32,000 bases of DNA, from positions 1 through 32,000 of the forward strand of contig NZ_JAQFIQ010000016.1 in the NCBI RefSeq assembly GCF_029504745.1. The letters run 5' to 3'. This DNA comes from Breznakia sp. PF5-3 (lineage in GTDB: Bacteria; Bacillota_I; Bacilli_A; Erysipelotrichales; Erysipelotrichaceae). Below are positions 7,294-16,240 of this stretch, piece by piece. The first letter of the stretch is position 1. Every line of letters starts with the position of its first letter. The notes under the pieces were generated by a model that was not told where the DNA came from, ran no database searches, and was given only the letters and a program-made list of their open reading frames with translations. Both the position numbers and the translations under genes were made by a program.

Positions 7294-10200
7294 TGGTTAA
7301 GTGGAATGAAGCACAGGAACGTGCCATTTATACAAAAGATAAAAATATTCTGATTTCTGCTAGTGCAGGTGCAGGAAAGACGACGGTTTTAATTGCCCGT
7401 TTGATGCATTTAATCAAAGATGACCATATAGGAGTTGATCAAATTTTAGCGATGACGTTTTCGGAAGCAGCAGCGGCAGAAATGAAAAAAAGATTGGCTA
7501 AAGCATTGCATGAAAGTTTACATGAAAACGATGATTCTACATTTATACAAAAACAGTTGGCAAATTTAGACAGTGCCAATATTTCTACAATTCATGGATT
7601 TTGTTTAACGATTATTAAAGAATATTATTATATGGTGGATCTTGATAAGAAGCGCATTCAAAATCCAATGGAAGAAACACAGGCGAGTTATTTGAAGAAT
7701 AAGGCTTTAAAAAAAGCACTTGAAGAAGCCTATAGGAATCCTAGCTTTTATTCTTTTGCTTCCTCGTTTACAAGTCGACCTGAAAGTAGTGGAAGTTTAG
7801 ATGATGAACTTGTTTCACTAGCGAATCTAGCAAATTCAAAGGCGGATCCTTATGCGTTTTTGGTAGCATGTAGAAATGCATATCACTCTCTTTCATCCAT
7901 CAAAGATGTAGATGAAAATATCTTACATTATTTTATAGATGCTTTTCGTATTCCAACCAATTTATTATTGGATCTTGTTGTAAAGACAATATATGATTTA
8001 AACGATGATAGTTTAATAGAGAAAAAACATAATTATGAACAGGCTATGGAAGCTTTGAATCACAATGATTATGAGATGTATCGTTTGTATTTTATGAATG
8101 GGATGAAAGTAAAATTACCAGCTGCTACAAAGTCTGCTTATATTGCAGAAATTACAGCGAAAGAAAAAAGTATTTTGAAAGTGTTGTTTGATGAAAAGAC
8201 CTTTCTTGAACAACATAATGCTTTAGTTGATGATGTGCATTTCTTCATTGATATCACTGAACAGTATTTGAAAGAATATGAGCAATTAAAAATAGATGAA
8301 GGGGTTATCGATTTTGATGATATGGAGCAATATGCAATTAAGATATTGAAAGCAGATAATGGATATGTAGCTAGTTTGTACCGTGAAAAATTTGCATCAA
8401 TAATGGTTGATGAATTTCAAGATAGCAATGATGTACAAGATGAATTGGTAAAACTTATTTCTAGATCCAATAATGTATTTCGGGTTGGAGATATCAAGCA
8501 ATCGATTTATGGTTTTCGCCATGCCCTTCCTTCAATTATGAGGAATTTGATGATTCATAAAAGTGAAGCAGATGAATTGATTTTTTTAAGTCATAATTAT
8601 CGTTCGACTAAAGCGATTGTAGACTTCAATAATTTATTATTTGAAAGACTTATGAATCTTGATGGCTTAACATCTTCTTATTTAGAAGCGGATCATGTTT
8701 CGATTGGAAGTGAGAGACAAGAACAAGTAGCTTTTCCTATTACGATGCATGTATTAAATAAAAAGACAATTGATCCAGATGGAGAATATACTTCAGCTGA
8801 TTTAAAGGCTTCTTATTTAGCTAATCAAATTCAAAAGTTAGTTAAAGATGGATATAAATATCAAGATATCGTTGTATTAGTTCGTAGTAATGCAAAGATG
8901 ATAGAAATTAAAGATGCTTTAGATGAAGTGAATATTCCATGTTTTTATAATAAAAAACAAGGATTTTATGATAGCAAAAGTGTACAAACAGTACTGAGTT
9001 ATTTAAAAGCGTTGGTAAATCCATATGATGATTTGCATTTTGTATCGATTCTAACATCAGAAATATATCAAAAAGATGTTACTTATTTAGCTTCAGCACG
9101 TTTAGAAAAACAAGAGGAAGCATTTGCTGCGTATCTTAAAGATGATCAGTCTTTAGCTACTTTTTATGATTTAAAAGAACATTTATATGAATATAAATTA
9201 AGTGAAATTCTTACCCAAATTTATGATATTAATAATTTTTATATGGAATATACAACTTCACAGGAAAAAGCAAATTTGGATATGTTATATGAAATTGTTT
9301 GTGACTATGAGAAACAGGAAGCAGTTTCAATTAATGGGTTTTTAAATTATCTATCAAACCAACAAGATGTGGAAGTTGGGGAAGCAATGCCAATTGGTGC
9401 AAATGATGATGTAGTTAGAATTATGAGTATTCATAAATCAAAAGGGTTACAGTTTAAAGTTGTATTTTTATATTCATCTAGTAGTTTCTCAAGTGTTGGA
9501 AGTGATGGGGTTATGAACTTTGATGAAGAATTAAAAGTAAGTATGAAATACTTGGATAAAGAACTACTTGTTCGTTATCCAACCATTACTTCTATAGCAT
9601 TGAAACAAAAGCAACTACAGGAATACCTTGAAGAGGAACAACGATTGCTATATGTAGCTACAACTCGCTCACAAGAAGTATTGCATATCATTGATGTAGG
9701 TGATGATAGTGAAGTAGTAGAATATTCAATCAATGAATTTTATAAGTTACATGGATATACTGGATGGATTCGCAAAGCTTTCGCATTGGAACCATCACCG
9801 CTCTTTGTTTATGAACATGTAAATGAGATGTGGGAAAATGAGGTTTTAGAGGAACATGAAAGCACTTATACATTTCATTCATATGATAGGCATACAACAT
9901 CATATGAACTTATATCACCAAGTGATACAGAGTTAAGAATTGAAAGACCAGCAGCTTTTTCTATTGATGAGGACCTAGGGTTTGAAAGAGGAACGAATTT
10001 GCATAGAATGGTAGAATACCTTCCTAATAGCGAATGGAATACAGATATCATAAAGAGGGTTGCAAAAGAACAGAAAATTGAGTTGAACAATCATGATCAG
10101 GAAGTATTACAGTCTTTATCTAATAATGCTGTGTTTAAGTATGCTTTAAGTTTCCATGATATATATCATGAATATGCTTTTAGTGTTAAGAAAGAACAAA

Positions 10201-10418
10201 AGATAGCACATGGATATATGGACTTTCTTGCAGTTCAAGATGATCGGGTTATTATGGTTGATTTCAAAAGTGACCGAGGAGTAAATGAAGCAGTTTTAAA
10301 AGATCGCTATCAATTGCAAATTTTAGAATATCGTGAAGCATTGTGCCAATTGTATCCTAAGAAAACGATAAAAACATATATTTATAGTTTTGAATTGCAA
10401 ACGATGATTGAAGTATAG
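7293..10418 (+). CDS. addA: ATP-dependent helicase/nuclease subunit A (AddA, UvrD/Rep superfamily 1)
   Basis: Walker A SAGAGKTT, DEFQD (motif II), YRS, and a C-terminal RecB-type nuclease motif GYMDFL...MVDFKSD. The start codon overlaps the addB stop. Confidence 0.9.
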   Translation: MVKWNEAQERAIYTKDKNILISASAGAGKTTVLIARLMHLIKDDHIGVDQILAMTFSEAAAAEMKKRLAKALHESLHENDDSTFIQKQLANLDSANISTIHGFCLTIIKEYYYMVDLDKKRIQNPMEETQASYLKNKALKKALEEAYRNPSFYSFASSFTSRPESSGSLDDELVSLANLANSKADPYAFLVACRNAYHSLSSIKDVDENILHYFIDAFRIPTNLLLDLVVKTIYDLNDDSLIEKKHNYEQAMEALNHNDYEMYRLYFMNGMKVKLPAATKSAYIAEITAKEKSILKVLFDEKTFLEQHNALVDDVHFFIDITEQYLKEYEQLKIDEGVIDFDDMEQYAIKILKADNGYVASLYREKFASIMVDEFQDSNDVQDELVKLISRSNNVFRVGDIKQSIYGFRHALPSIMRNLMIHKSEADELIFLSHNYRSTKAIVDFNNLLFERLMNLDGLTSSYLEADHVSIGSERQEQVAFPITMHVLNKKTIDPDGEYTSADLKASYLANQIQKLVKDGYKYQDIVVLVRSNAKMIEIKDALDEVNIPCFYNKKQGFYDSKSVQTVLSYLKALVNPYDDLHFVSILTSEIYQKDVTYLASARLEKQEEAFAAYLKDDQSLATFYDLKEHLYEYKLSEILTQIYDINNFYMEYTTSQEKANLDMLYEIVCDYEKQEAVSINGFLNYLSNQQDVEVGEAMPIGANDDVVRIMSIHKSKGLQFKVVFLYSSSSFSSVGSDGVMNFDEELKVSMKYLDKELLVRYPTITSIALKQKQLQEYLEEEQRLLYVATTRSQEVLHIIDVGDDSEVVEYSINEFYKLHGYTGWIRKAFALEPSPLFVYEHVNEMWENEVLEEHESTYTFHSYDRHTTSYELISPSDTELRIERPAAFSIDEDLGFERGTNLHRMVEYLPNSEWNTDIIKRVAKEQKIELNNHDQEVLQSLSNNAVFKYALSFHDIYHEYAFSVKKEQKIAHGYMDFLAVQDDRVIMVDFKSDRGVNEAVLKDRYQLQILEYREALCQLYPKKTIKTYIYSFELQTMIEV

Positions 10419-10527
10419 ATTATAAGATATTAAAAAAGAGGGTAAATCATTTTCAATGCTTATCCGCTTTTTTATGTGAATAGAACGCTTTTTATTTGTA
10501 TTTCGTCACAATAATTGAAGGAGGGGT

Positions 10528-10836
10528 ATGATGATAAAAAGTAATATATATGAAGCAGATAATATAACCAATACAATGCAAAGAACAACAGAAAAAGTAT
10601 TAGGAGTTGAAAATGATGCAAATTTGGCAGTGAACACAACAGTTGCTGGAAATATCATAGCAATGCAATGTATCAATCAATTGATAAAGAGTATAAAAGA
10701 ATTCTCATCAGCATATAGTAAAGACAGTAAAAGAGTCCATGGATTGGCGAAAGCATTTAATGAAGTGGATGAAAGTATGAAGAATAGAATTAAGTATAGA
10801 GCAGAATGGGATGCATTGAAACCCTTTGCTAAGTAA
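10528..10836 (+). CDS. Small helical LXG-associated T7SS targeting factor (Lap1-like, DUF3130/TIGR04197-type)
   Basis: About 100 aa and helical. It is the first gene of an LXG cassette. It contains an FxxxD motif (FNEVD, nt 10756-10770). SD AGGAGG is at 10519-10524, so the start may be the second ATG at 10531. Confidence 0.6.
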   Translation: MMIKSNIYEADNITNTMQRTTEKVLGVENDANLAVNTTVAGNIIAMQCINQLIKSIKEFSSAYSKDSKRVHGLAKAFNEVDESMKNRIKYRAEWDALKPFAK

Positions 10837-10841
10837 GATAT

Positions 10842-11189
10842 ATGAATACAGAAGAAATTAATAAGCAGTTAAAATTGCATGATGAGAAGATAGAAAGTCT
10901 GGAAAGAAAATTAATAAAAATAGATCAAGAAAAAGAACAGCTAGCCCATATATATGAATATCAAAATAACCTAAAAGAAGAAATTCAAGTTGCTTTAAAC
11001 AGTCTAGATTATAATCAAAATATGGACTATATGAATGAAGAAATACGTACACTACAAATACATAGTATGAAATATCTAGAAAATAATGGGGAATCGCTAT
11101 TAGAACGTAGAAATCATGAATTGAACAATCAAGATGATTTATATCATAAACGATTGAAGCTTCTAGTAAATGAAGAGGAAAAACAATAA
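10842..11189 (+). CDS. Coiled-coil LXG-associated helper (Lap2-like, DUF3958-type)
   Basis: 115 aa, charged coiled-coil composition. Its position is immediately upstream of the LXG toxin, and its stop overlaps the toxin start (TAATG). Confidence 0.5.
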   Translation: MNTEEINKQLKLHDEKIESLERKLIKIDQEKEQLAHIYEYQNNLKEEIQVALNSLDYNQNMDYMNEEIRTLQIHSMKYLENNGESLLERRNHELNNQDDLYHKRLKLLVNEEEKQ

Positions 11190-12634
11190 TGGGAATCAAT
11201 GTCTATCTAGAAGAGATTGAAAAACAAAGAACCTATGTATACGATCTAGCAACAACATATCAAACCTATTTAGATGAACTCAGAGGAACCATGAATTTGC
11301 TTTTCTATGCTACCCTCGAAGGTGAAGGCTATGATGCTATAAGAGAATATTTTGCTAGTGAGTATATTCCTTTGATGAATGGATTGAAAATGATTTGTGT
11401 AGAATTAATGGATGCTCATTATTATTTTGTAGAGGGATATCGTAGTGAAGTGCATGATGGAAATAGTGAAGAACTTGTCCTTCTTGATTTAATAGAGAGA
11501 TTAAAATATCAGATTACAAATGCTGTCGAAATTTATCATGATTTGACATTTGAAGATATATATTTAGAACAAAATATTAATTTGATGCAACTACAACTCC
11601 AAATGTTGGAAGAACGATTATATAAATTATATGATTTCCAATCCTCATCTCCTAGTTATTTTGAGTCAGTTTTAGTCTTGATTGAACATGTAGATAAAGG
11701 AATAAAGGCAATATCAGAAAATGCAGGATGGGATGAACTTACAGGTAAATATGATAAGAGTAAGGTAGATTTAGGATGGGCAAAGGAATTGGATGTCTTA
11801 TGGAACCGTTTTGATAATCGGTTATCCATAATAGAGATACAACTAAGGGAAGAGCAGGAAGAACTGGAAAAGAAATTAAAAGGGAGAACGTATAGCTTTG
11901 TAGAGATAGTGAATGGAGCAAGAGTCAAGTATTGGGTGAAAGGTACAGGACGATTAACAAAAGAAGATATAGAAGTGACAAAGCAATATGAAGAGTGGAT
12001 AGATAAAATGATATCGATGTATGGAAGCGATGTAATCTATGGTACAATAAATCCAGATCCATTGGTTGTCTTATCGTTTGAGATGAGGACAGGAGTAGAG
12101 TACAAAACAGGAAGAAATCTAAGTGATATAGAGAAGTTGCAAAGACGATATACAATGTTGAGTATGGCGGCAACAATCGGGTTATCCTCATGGTGGTCAG
12201 TGATAGCAAACAAGAATGTGACAAGAAGTTTTGCGGATGATATGAGTATAGAAGATGCGACAAGATACAATGAATGGATGGAATTGAAGCGACAAGGATT
12301 AACAGCAGAAGAAATAAGTAATCTGAGAGAGTTTGGCTCTACGATAGTGGCTGGAAATTTGAAAACACAGGGTTCTGGGAATCAAGCAAAGGGAGAAGAT
12401 TTACATCATGTATTTGATGATCCTGAACATAATTTAGATGGATATTTAAATTCACAAGGAGGAAATCAAAATAATGCATTCAATGCAGTACAAAATGAAG
12501 CACAAAAATATGCAGATAAATTTGGATATACAAGAGGACAAGATATAATTGTAAATGTTAATGGGTTTAATATAACAGTTAGAGGAAATATGGTTAATGG
12601 GGTTTTCAGAATTGGGACATTCTTTATTCCTTAA
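11189..12634 (+). CDS. LXG-domain polymorphic toxin (type VIIb secretion substrate) with an unassigned C-terminal toxin domain
   Basis: The N-terminus MGINVY...LRGTMNLLFYATLEGEGYDAIREYFASEYIPL shows the LXG-domain pattern. A long helical middle follows. The C-terminal ~90 aa are distinct and carry LHHVFDDPEHNL (12401-12436). Confidence 0.8.
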   Translation: MGINVYLEEIEKQRTYVYDLATTYQTYLDELRGTMNLLFYATLEGEGYDAIREYFASEYIPLMNGLKMICVELMDAHYYFVEGYRSEVHDGNSEELVLLDLIERLKYQITNAVEIYHDLTFEDIYLEQNINLMQLQLQMLEERLYKLYDFQSSSPSYFESVLVLIEHVDKGIKAISENAGWDELTGKYDKSKVDLGWAKELDVLWNRFDNRLSIIEIQLREEQEELEKKLKGRTYSFVEIVNGARVKYWVKGTGRLTKEDIEVTKQYEEWIDKMISMYGSDVIYGTINPDPLVVLSFEMRTGVEYKTGRNLSDIEKLQRRYTMLSMAATIGLSSWWSVIANKNVTRSFADDMSIEDATRYNEWMELKRQGLTAEEISNLREFGSTIVAGNLKTQGSGNQAKGEDLHHVFDDPEHNLDGYLNSQGGNQNNAFNAVQNEAQKYADKFGYTRGQDIIVNVNGFNITVRGNMVNGVFRIGTFFIP

Positions 12635-12643
12635 GGAGGAAAA

Positions 12644-13063
12644 ATGGATAATAAATTAATAATTAAAAAAGCTATGAATTTGTTATTAAATGGTAATTCA
12701 GCTGTATTAAAACAACTGACAAAACAATATGAAAATAGCAAAATAACAGATATAAGAGAAACAGGAAAAGGTATTTTTGTAGATTTTAAAGTTTTAGATA
12801 CTTCTTTAAAACTAAATTTAAAAGGAGTCAAAAAGGATTTTGTTTTTGGCGATGTGTATGGAGAGATTAGCACAGAATATGGAGACGTAGAATTTATATT
12901 ATTTGTTAAAGATGGGTATATTACAATGTTAGAAGGGTTTACTTATTTTTCAGATGGCTGGAGTAAAGTGACAAATGAGACAGTATTTAGATACTTTAAT
13001 GGAGATAGAGATATAAACGAATTGGATAAAAAGTGGATTGACAGAGATTTTGAAAGCAAATAA
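12644..13063 (+). CDS. Candidate cognate immunity protein
   Basis: 139 aa. SD AAGGAGG overlaps the toxin stop. The position is typical for immunity genes. No signal peptide or TM segment. Confidence 0.55.
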   Translation: MDNKLIIKKAMNLLLNGNSAVLKQLTKQYENSKITDIRETGKGIFVDFKVLDTSLKLNLKGVKKDFVFGDVYGEISTEYGDVEFILFVKDGYITMLEGFTYFSDGWSKVTNETVFRYFNGDRDINELDKKWIDRDFESK

Positions 13064-13189
13064 TAAAATTGATATATGCGCTGAGATAGGAGGGTATGTT
13101 AGTGTAAAATGTGGAGGTTCAAAGATACTAACCCACAAACCAACACGGTACTAATAACCCTACTAAGTAAATACAAGCAATACGTAATA

Positions 13190-13228
13190 AACAGTACTAA
13201 CAAAATAGACAAAGTTAGTACTGTTTTT
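13190..13228 (+). terminator. Strong rho-independent terminator closing the LXG cassette
   Basis: Perfect 12-bp stem AACAGTACTAAC / GTTAGTACTGTT with a 12-nt loop, followed by TTTTT. Confidence 0.8.
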
Positions 13229-13310
13229 ATGTGTTATTTGGTTTTTCATATTGTTACTGAAAAGGATATAACTGCAATAAAATAAATGTATATTTGAATT
13301 ATGTAAGGTT

Positions 13311-13375
13311 GCAATAAAAATGTTCGTATCTTCCTATAAAGGTTATCCATGCAAACATCTGTGAAGATAGGAACA
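13311..13375 (-). terminator. Possible terminator of the MATE gene (long-loop hairpin)
   Basis: On the minus strand, GTTCCTATCTTC pairs with GAAGATACGAAC (1 mismatch) and is followed by ATTTTTATT. The ~29-nt loop lowers confidence. Confidence 0.4.
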
Positions 13376-13389
13376 TTATCATGGAAACG

Positions 13390-14727
13390 CTACACATCTT
13401 GAATCCATTTATTACTTTTATAACGTATTTCACTAGTAAAGAATTTGATGATTTGATCTGCTTTCGTCAATCCAAAAATCATATATACAGGTAAATGAAA
13501 AACAAAGGCTGATAGTAAACACACAGGAATGGCATATAACCATAAGAAAGTCATATCATTCCATAAAATGAACTTCATATCACCGCCACCACGAAGAATT
13601 CCCATCATATTCATACCTTGGATAGATTTAAAAAACTCAATTATTGTTGCACACAACGATAACTGTTTAATATATAAATTGGACAAGTCAGGGTAATCAT
13701 AAATTATAGGGATAATAAAGATTCCAAAAATCATGATAAGCGCATTAATAATTCCTACGAAGATAGAAATTCTTTTAAAAGTTTTAATTACATAATTTAG
13801 CTTATCATAATTTTTTTGTCCAATTGTTTTCCCACATATAATACAGGCGGCAGAAGCAAATCCTAAATTAACGGATGTTAATTGTGATAACAAACTGTAG
13901 ACACTTTGGGCATTGATAAAGTCTGATCCTAAACGTCCAAAAACAATAATAATAACAGAATCTCCCAAGGCCCATAACAATTCGTTGCTAACCAAAGGAG
14001 CAATAGTTTTATAGAATCGTTTTGCGAAAGCAGGATTACGATATAATAATTTTATTTTTTTAAAGTTAATTTGGTTTTGTTTGTAAATCGTGTAGATACT
14101 AATCAAAGTACATTCAATTATACGTGATATGAGTACAGCAATTGCAACACCTTGAATACCAGCGTTTAATGGAAACATGAAGAATAGTGTTAAGCTAATA
14201 TTAGTAATACAAGCAATAATTGAGACGATGAGTGAAGGAAGAACAATTTCTACCGCACGTAAAATATTATACATAATAGTGCTCACACAAAAAAACAGAT
14301 ATGAAATACCTACAATTTTAAGATATTCACAACTCAATGTAATAAGTGTCTTATCAGTTGTTAAGATGCGCATAATTTCTTTGGGGAATATAAAGGTTAT
14401 GAGTGAAATAATACATCCAAATACCAATGTATTACGAAGTGTATATGCTAGGGTATGATGAATTGCATCATGATTATTTTCACCCCAAAATCTTGAAATC
14501 ATAACATTACTTCCTTCAGCTAATCCAGTAATTGCTAGATAGACTAGAAAGTATACTTGATTTGCAAGTGTTGCAGCAGATAAATGAATTCCACCTTGTA
14601 ATCCTAAAATAAAGATTGATGACATATTTAAAAGAAAAACAATAAGATTTTGAAAGGTTATGGAAAAAGAAATCGTAGTAATTTCTTTTTTTACTAATTT
14701 TTTTGAAAATATATTTTCATTAGTCAT
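13390..14727 (-). CDS. MATE-family multidrug/toxin efflux transporter
   Basis: 445 aa with about 12 TM segments. MATE-like N-terminal pattern (ITFQNLIVFLLNM) and an internal two-fold repeat architecture. Confidence 0.85.
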   Translation of the reverse strand: MTNENIFSKKLVKKEITTISFSITFQNLIVFLLNMSSIFILGLQGGIHLSAATLANQVYFLVYLAITGLAEGSNVMISRFWGENNHDAIHHTLAYTLRNTLVFGCIISLITFIFPKEIMRILTTDKTLITLSCEYLKIVGISYLFFCVSTIMYNILRAVEIVLPSLIVSIIACITNISLTLFFMFPLNAGIQGVAIAVLISRIIECTLISIYTIYKQNQINFKKIKLLYRNPAFAKRFYKTIAPLVSNELLWALGDSVIIIVFGRLGSDFINAQSVYSLLSQLTSVNLGFASAACIICGKTIGQKNYDKLNYVIKTFKRISIFVGIINALIMIFGIFIIPIIYDYPDLSNLYIKQLSLCATIIEFFKSIQGMNMMGILRGGGDMKFILWNDMTFLWLYAIPVCLLSAFVFHLPVYMIFGLTKADQIIKFFTSEIRYKSNKWIQDV

Positions 14728-14764
14728 ATTTTATATAATTAATGTATTGATATAAAGTGTTCAT
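14720..14764 (-). CDS. Candidate 14-aa leader peptide (MNTLYQYINYIKYD) upstream of, and overlapping, the MATE start
   Basis: Perfect SD AAGGAGG (14772-14778) lies 7 nt before the ATG at 14764. The stop TAA (14722-14720) overlaps the MATE ATG (14727-14725), which has no SD of its own. Confidence 0.45.
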   Translation of the reverse strand: MNTLYQYINYIKYD

Positions 14765-14929
14765 ACATTATCCTCCTTATATCCATAACAGCAAAAACCA
14801 TGCCATTATGGACATAGTTTTTTAAGACGATGAATACTAGTAGATTTAGATTCTTTCTTTTTTTATTTCGACACTATTTATAGGATTTTCAACACTGACA
14901 TGAATTCTATAATACATAATGTTCTTATT

Positions 14930-14978
14930 CTCATAAAGAAAAGCCCTTTCCTAGGTTTTCAAGGATCAGGGCATTTTC
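14930..14978 (-). terminator. Terminator of the malic enzyme-fumarase-cutC operon
   Basis: On the minus strand, GAAAATGCCCT ... AGGGCTTTTC followed by TTTATG. Five GC pairs plus A/U extension, with a 20-nt loop. Confidence 0.45.
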
Positions 14979-14988
14979 TTTATAAAGG

Positions 14989-15726
14989 CTATTTTGATAA
15001 TGCATTTTTTAAGGCTTTTACTTTATGGTAACTAACAATATCATAATCATTGTTGTTTAAAAATTGATAACTTACTAATTTCGTACTTGTTGTAGGATCT
15101 GTTTTATAAGCTTTACATGATGAATGAACCTGAGTGATTTGGGTATACTCTATCAGGGATTCTACATTGCGTTCATTGATCCCAGAACCCATTACAATTT
15201 CAATTTTATCACCGTATTTTCTTTGAATACTTTGTAGTACGGTTTTTCCATCCTCTGCATTTGCATGGGAACCACTAGTAAGAATGCGATCACATCCTAG
15301 TTTGATTAAACACTCTATGGCTCCATCAATATCTAAACAAATATCAATTGCACGATGGAAAACAGCTTCTTTTCCATAGGAATGAATGAGTTCAATCATT
15401 TTTTTAGTAGCAGGTTTATCAATCGTTTTATCTTCGTTTAGAAAACCAAAAGCTATACCATCAGCATGCTGATCTAATAACATTTTAGCGTCAAAAAACA
15501 TTGTTTTTTGATCTTCGTGGTCGTAGCAGAAACCACCTGCTCGTGGACGAACCATGCAAATGGTTTTCACATTTGTATGTTCCTTGGTTTCAACAAGGGA
15601 ACCAATGGAAGGTGTAAGTCCACCTAAAAACAGTGCACTATTAAGTTCAATTCGATCTGCACCAGCTTGGGCTGCATGAAATGCATCGTAAAAGCTACCA
15701 CAACATACTTCTAAAAGGTTATTCAT
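14989..15726 (-). CDS. cutC: CutC-family protein (copper homeostasis protein CutC, TIM-barrel)
   Basis: MNNLLEVCCGS...AGADRIELNSAL..GGLTPS is the CutC signature. SD GGGAGG (15734-15739) supports the ATG at 15726 rather than 15756. It overlaps the upstream stop by 8 nt. Confidence 0.8.
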   Translation of the reverse strand: MNNLLEVCCGSFYDAFHAAQAGADRIELNSALFLGGLTPSIGSLVETKEHTNVKTICMVRPRAGGFCYDHEDQKTMFFDAKMLLDQHADGIAFGFLNEDKTIDKPATKKMIELIHSYGKEAVFHRAIDICLDIDGAIECLIKLGCDRILTSGSHANAEDGKTVLQSIQRKYGDKIEIVMGSGINERNVESLIEYTQITQVHSSCKAYKTDPTTSTKLVSYQFLNNNDYDIVSYHKVKALKNALSK

Positions 15727-16240
15727 ATAGCATCCTCCCTTTTCCATCAATTGCAACAGTCACAGGAAAATCAACAACTTCTAAGCGTTGAATTGCTTCT
15801 GTTCCTAAATCTTCAAAAGCAATGACTTCTGCATGTTTAACACATTTTCCAAGCAAAGCTCCTGCGCCACCGATGGCAACCATATAAAGTGCATTATTTT
15901 TTATGATTGCATCTTGCACTGCTTTACTTCGATAACCTTTTCCAATTGTAACACTGACACCTAAATCATATAACTTTCCAGCATAAGTGTCCATTCGTGC
16001 ACTTGTAGTTGGTCCTGCACTACCGAACGTTTTATTTGGTGGGGTTGGTGTAGGGCCAACATAGTATATCGTTGCATCTTTAAGATCAAAGGGTAATTCA
16101 ATTCCTTGGTTAATCATTTCAGTCAATCGTTTATGTGCAGCATCGCGAGCGGTATATATTGTACCTGTAATGTAAACCAAATCACCAACCTGTAATGTTT
16201 CACATAGTTTTTTGGTGATAGGTGTAGTAACTTTTATCAT
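15719..16240 (-). CDS. Fe-S hydro-lyase beta subunit (class I fumarate hydratase / L(+)-tartrate dehydratase beta, FumA C-terminal/TtdB family)
   Basis: 173 aa. ...GTIYTARDAAHKRL...YYVGPTP...GPTTSARMD...IGKG is typical of the beta subunit. 4-nt overlap with the alpha subunit gene. Confidence 0.8.
   Translation of the reverse strand: MIKVTTPITKKLCETLQVGDLVYITGTIYTARDAAHKRLTEMINQGIELPFDLKDATIYYVGPTPTPPNKTFGSAGPTTSARMDTYAGKLYDLGVSVTIGKGYRSKAVQDAIIKNNALYMVAIGGAGALLGKCVKHAEVIAFEDLGTEAIQRLEVVDFPVTVAIDGKGRMLYE

Noticed and set aside
1482-10090. Other short antisense ORFs in the track (1482-1688, 2197-2379, 2764-3027, 4080-4292, 5708-5935, 6821-7003, 9875-10090); likewise 14177-14458, 24479-24691, 29960-30142, 31513-31698 and 31721-31903
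   Set aside because: Each lies mostly inside, and antisense to, a longer gene with clear family motifs. None has an SD or a recognisable domain.
10858-12873. Cluster of minus-strand ORFs (10858-11199, 11656-11928, 11739-11921, 11925-12263, 12037-12270, 12631-12873)
   Set aside because: They are antisense shadows of the Lap2/LXG/immunity genes. The composition is Leu/Ser/Phe-rich as expected from the reverse complement of Lys/Glu-rich coding sequence. There are no SD sequences, and they overlap one another.
13064-13189. Repeated TACTAA(C) motifs and a possible 58-codon ORF (ATG about 13109) in the spacer after the immunity gene; possible orphan toxin/immunity remnant
   Set aside because: The ORF has no SD and runs straight through the perfect terminator hairpin, and one TACTAAC copy is simply a stem arm. 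Short AT-rich words recur by chance at this base composition. I see no similarity to the neighbouring toxin or immunity genes.
13366-13375. Third occurrence of GTTCCTATCT (minus strand), resembling the 18-nt direct repeat at 2263 and 3232
   Set aside because: Only 10 nt are shared, and here it forms part of a different hairpin downstream of the MATE gene. This is most likely coincidence.
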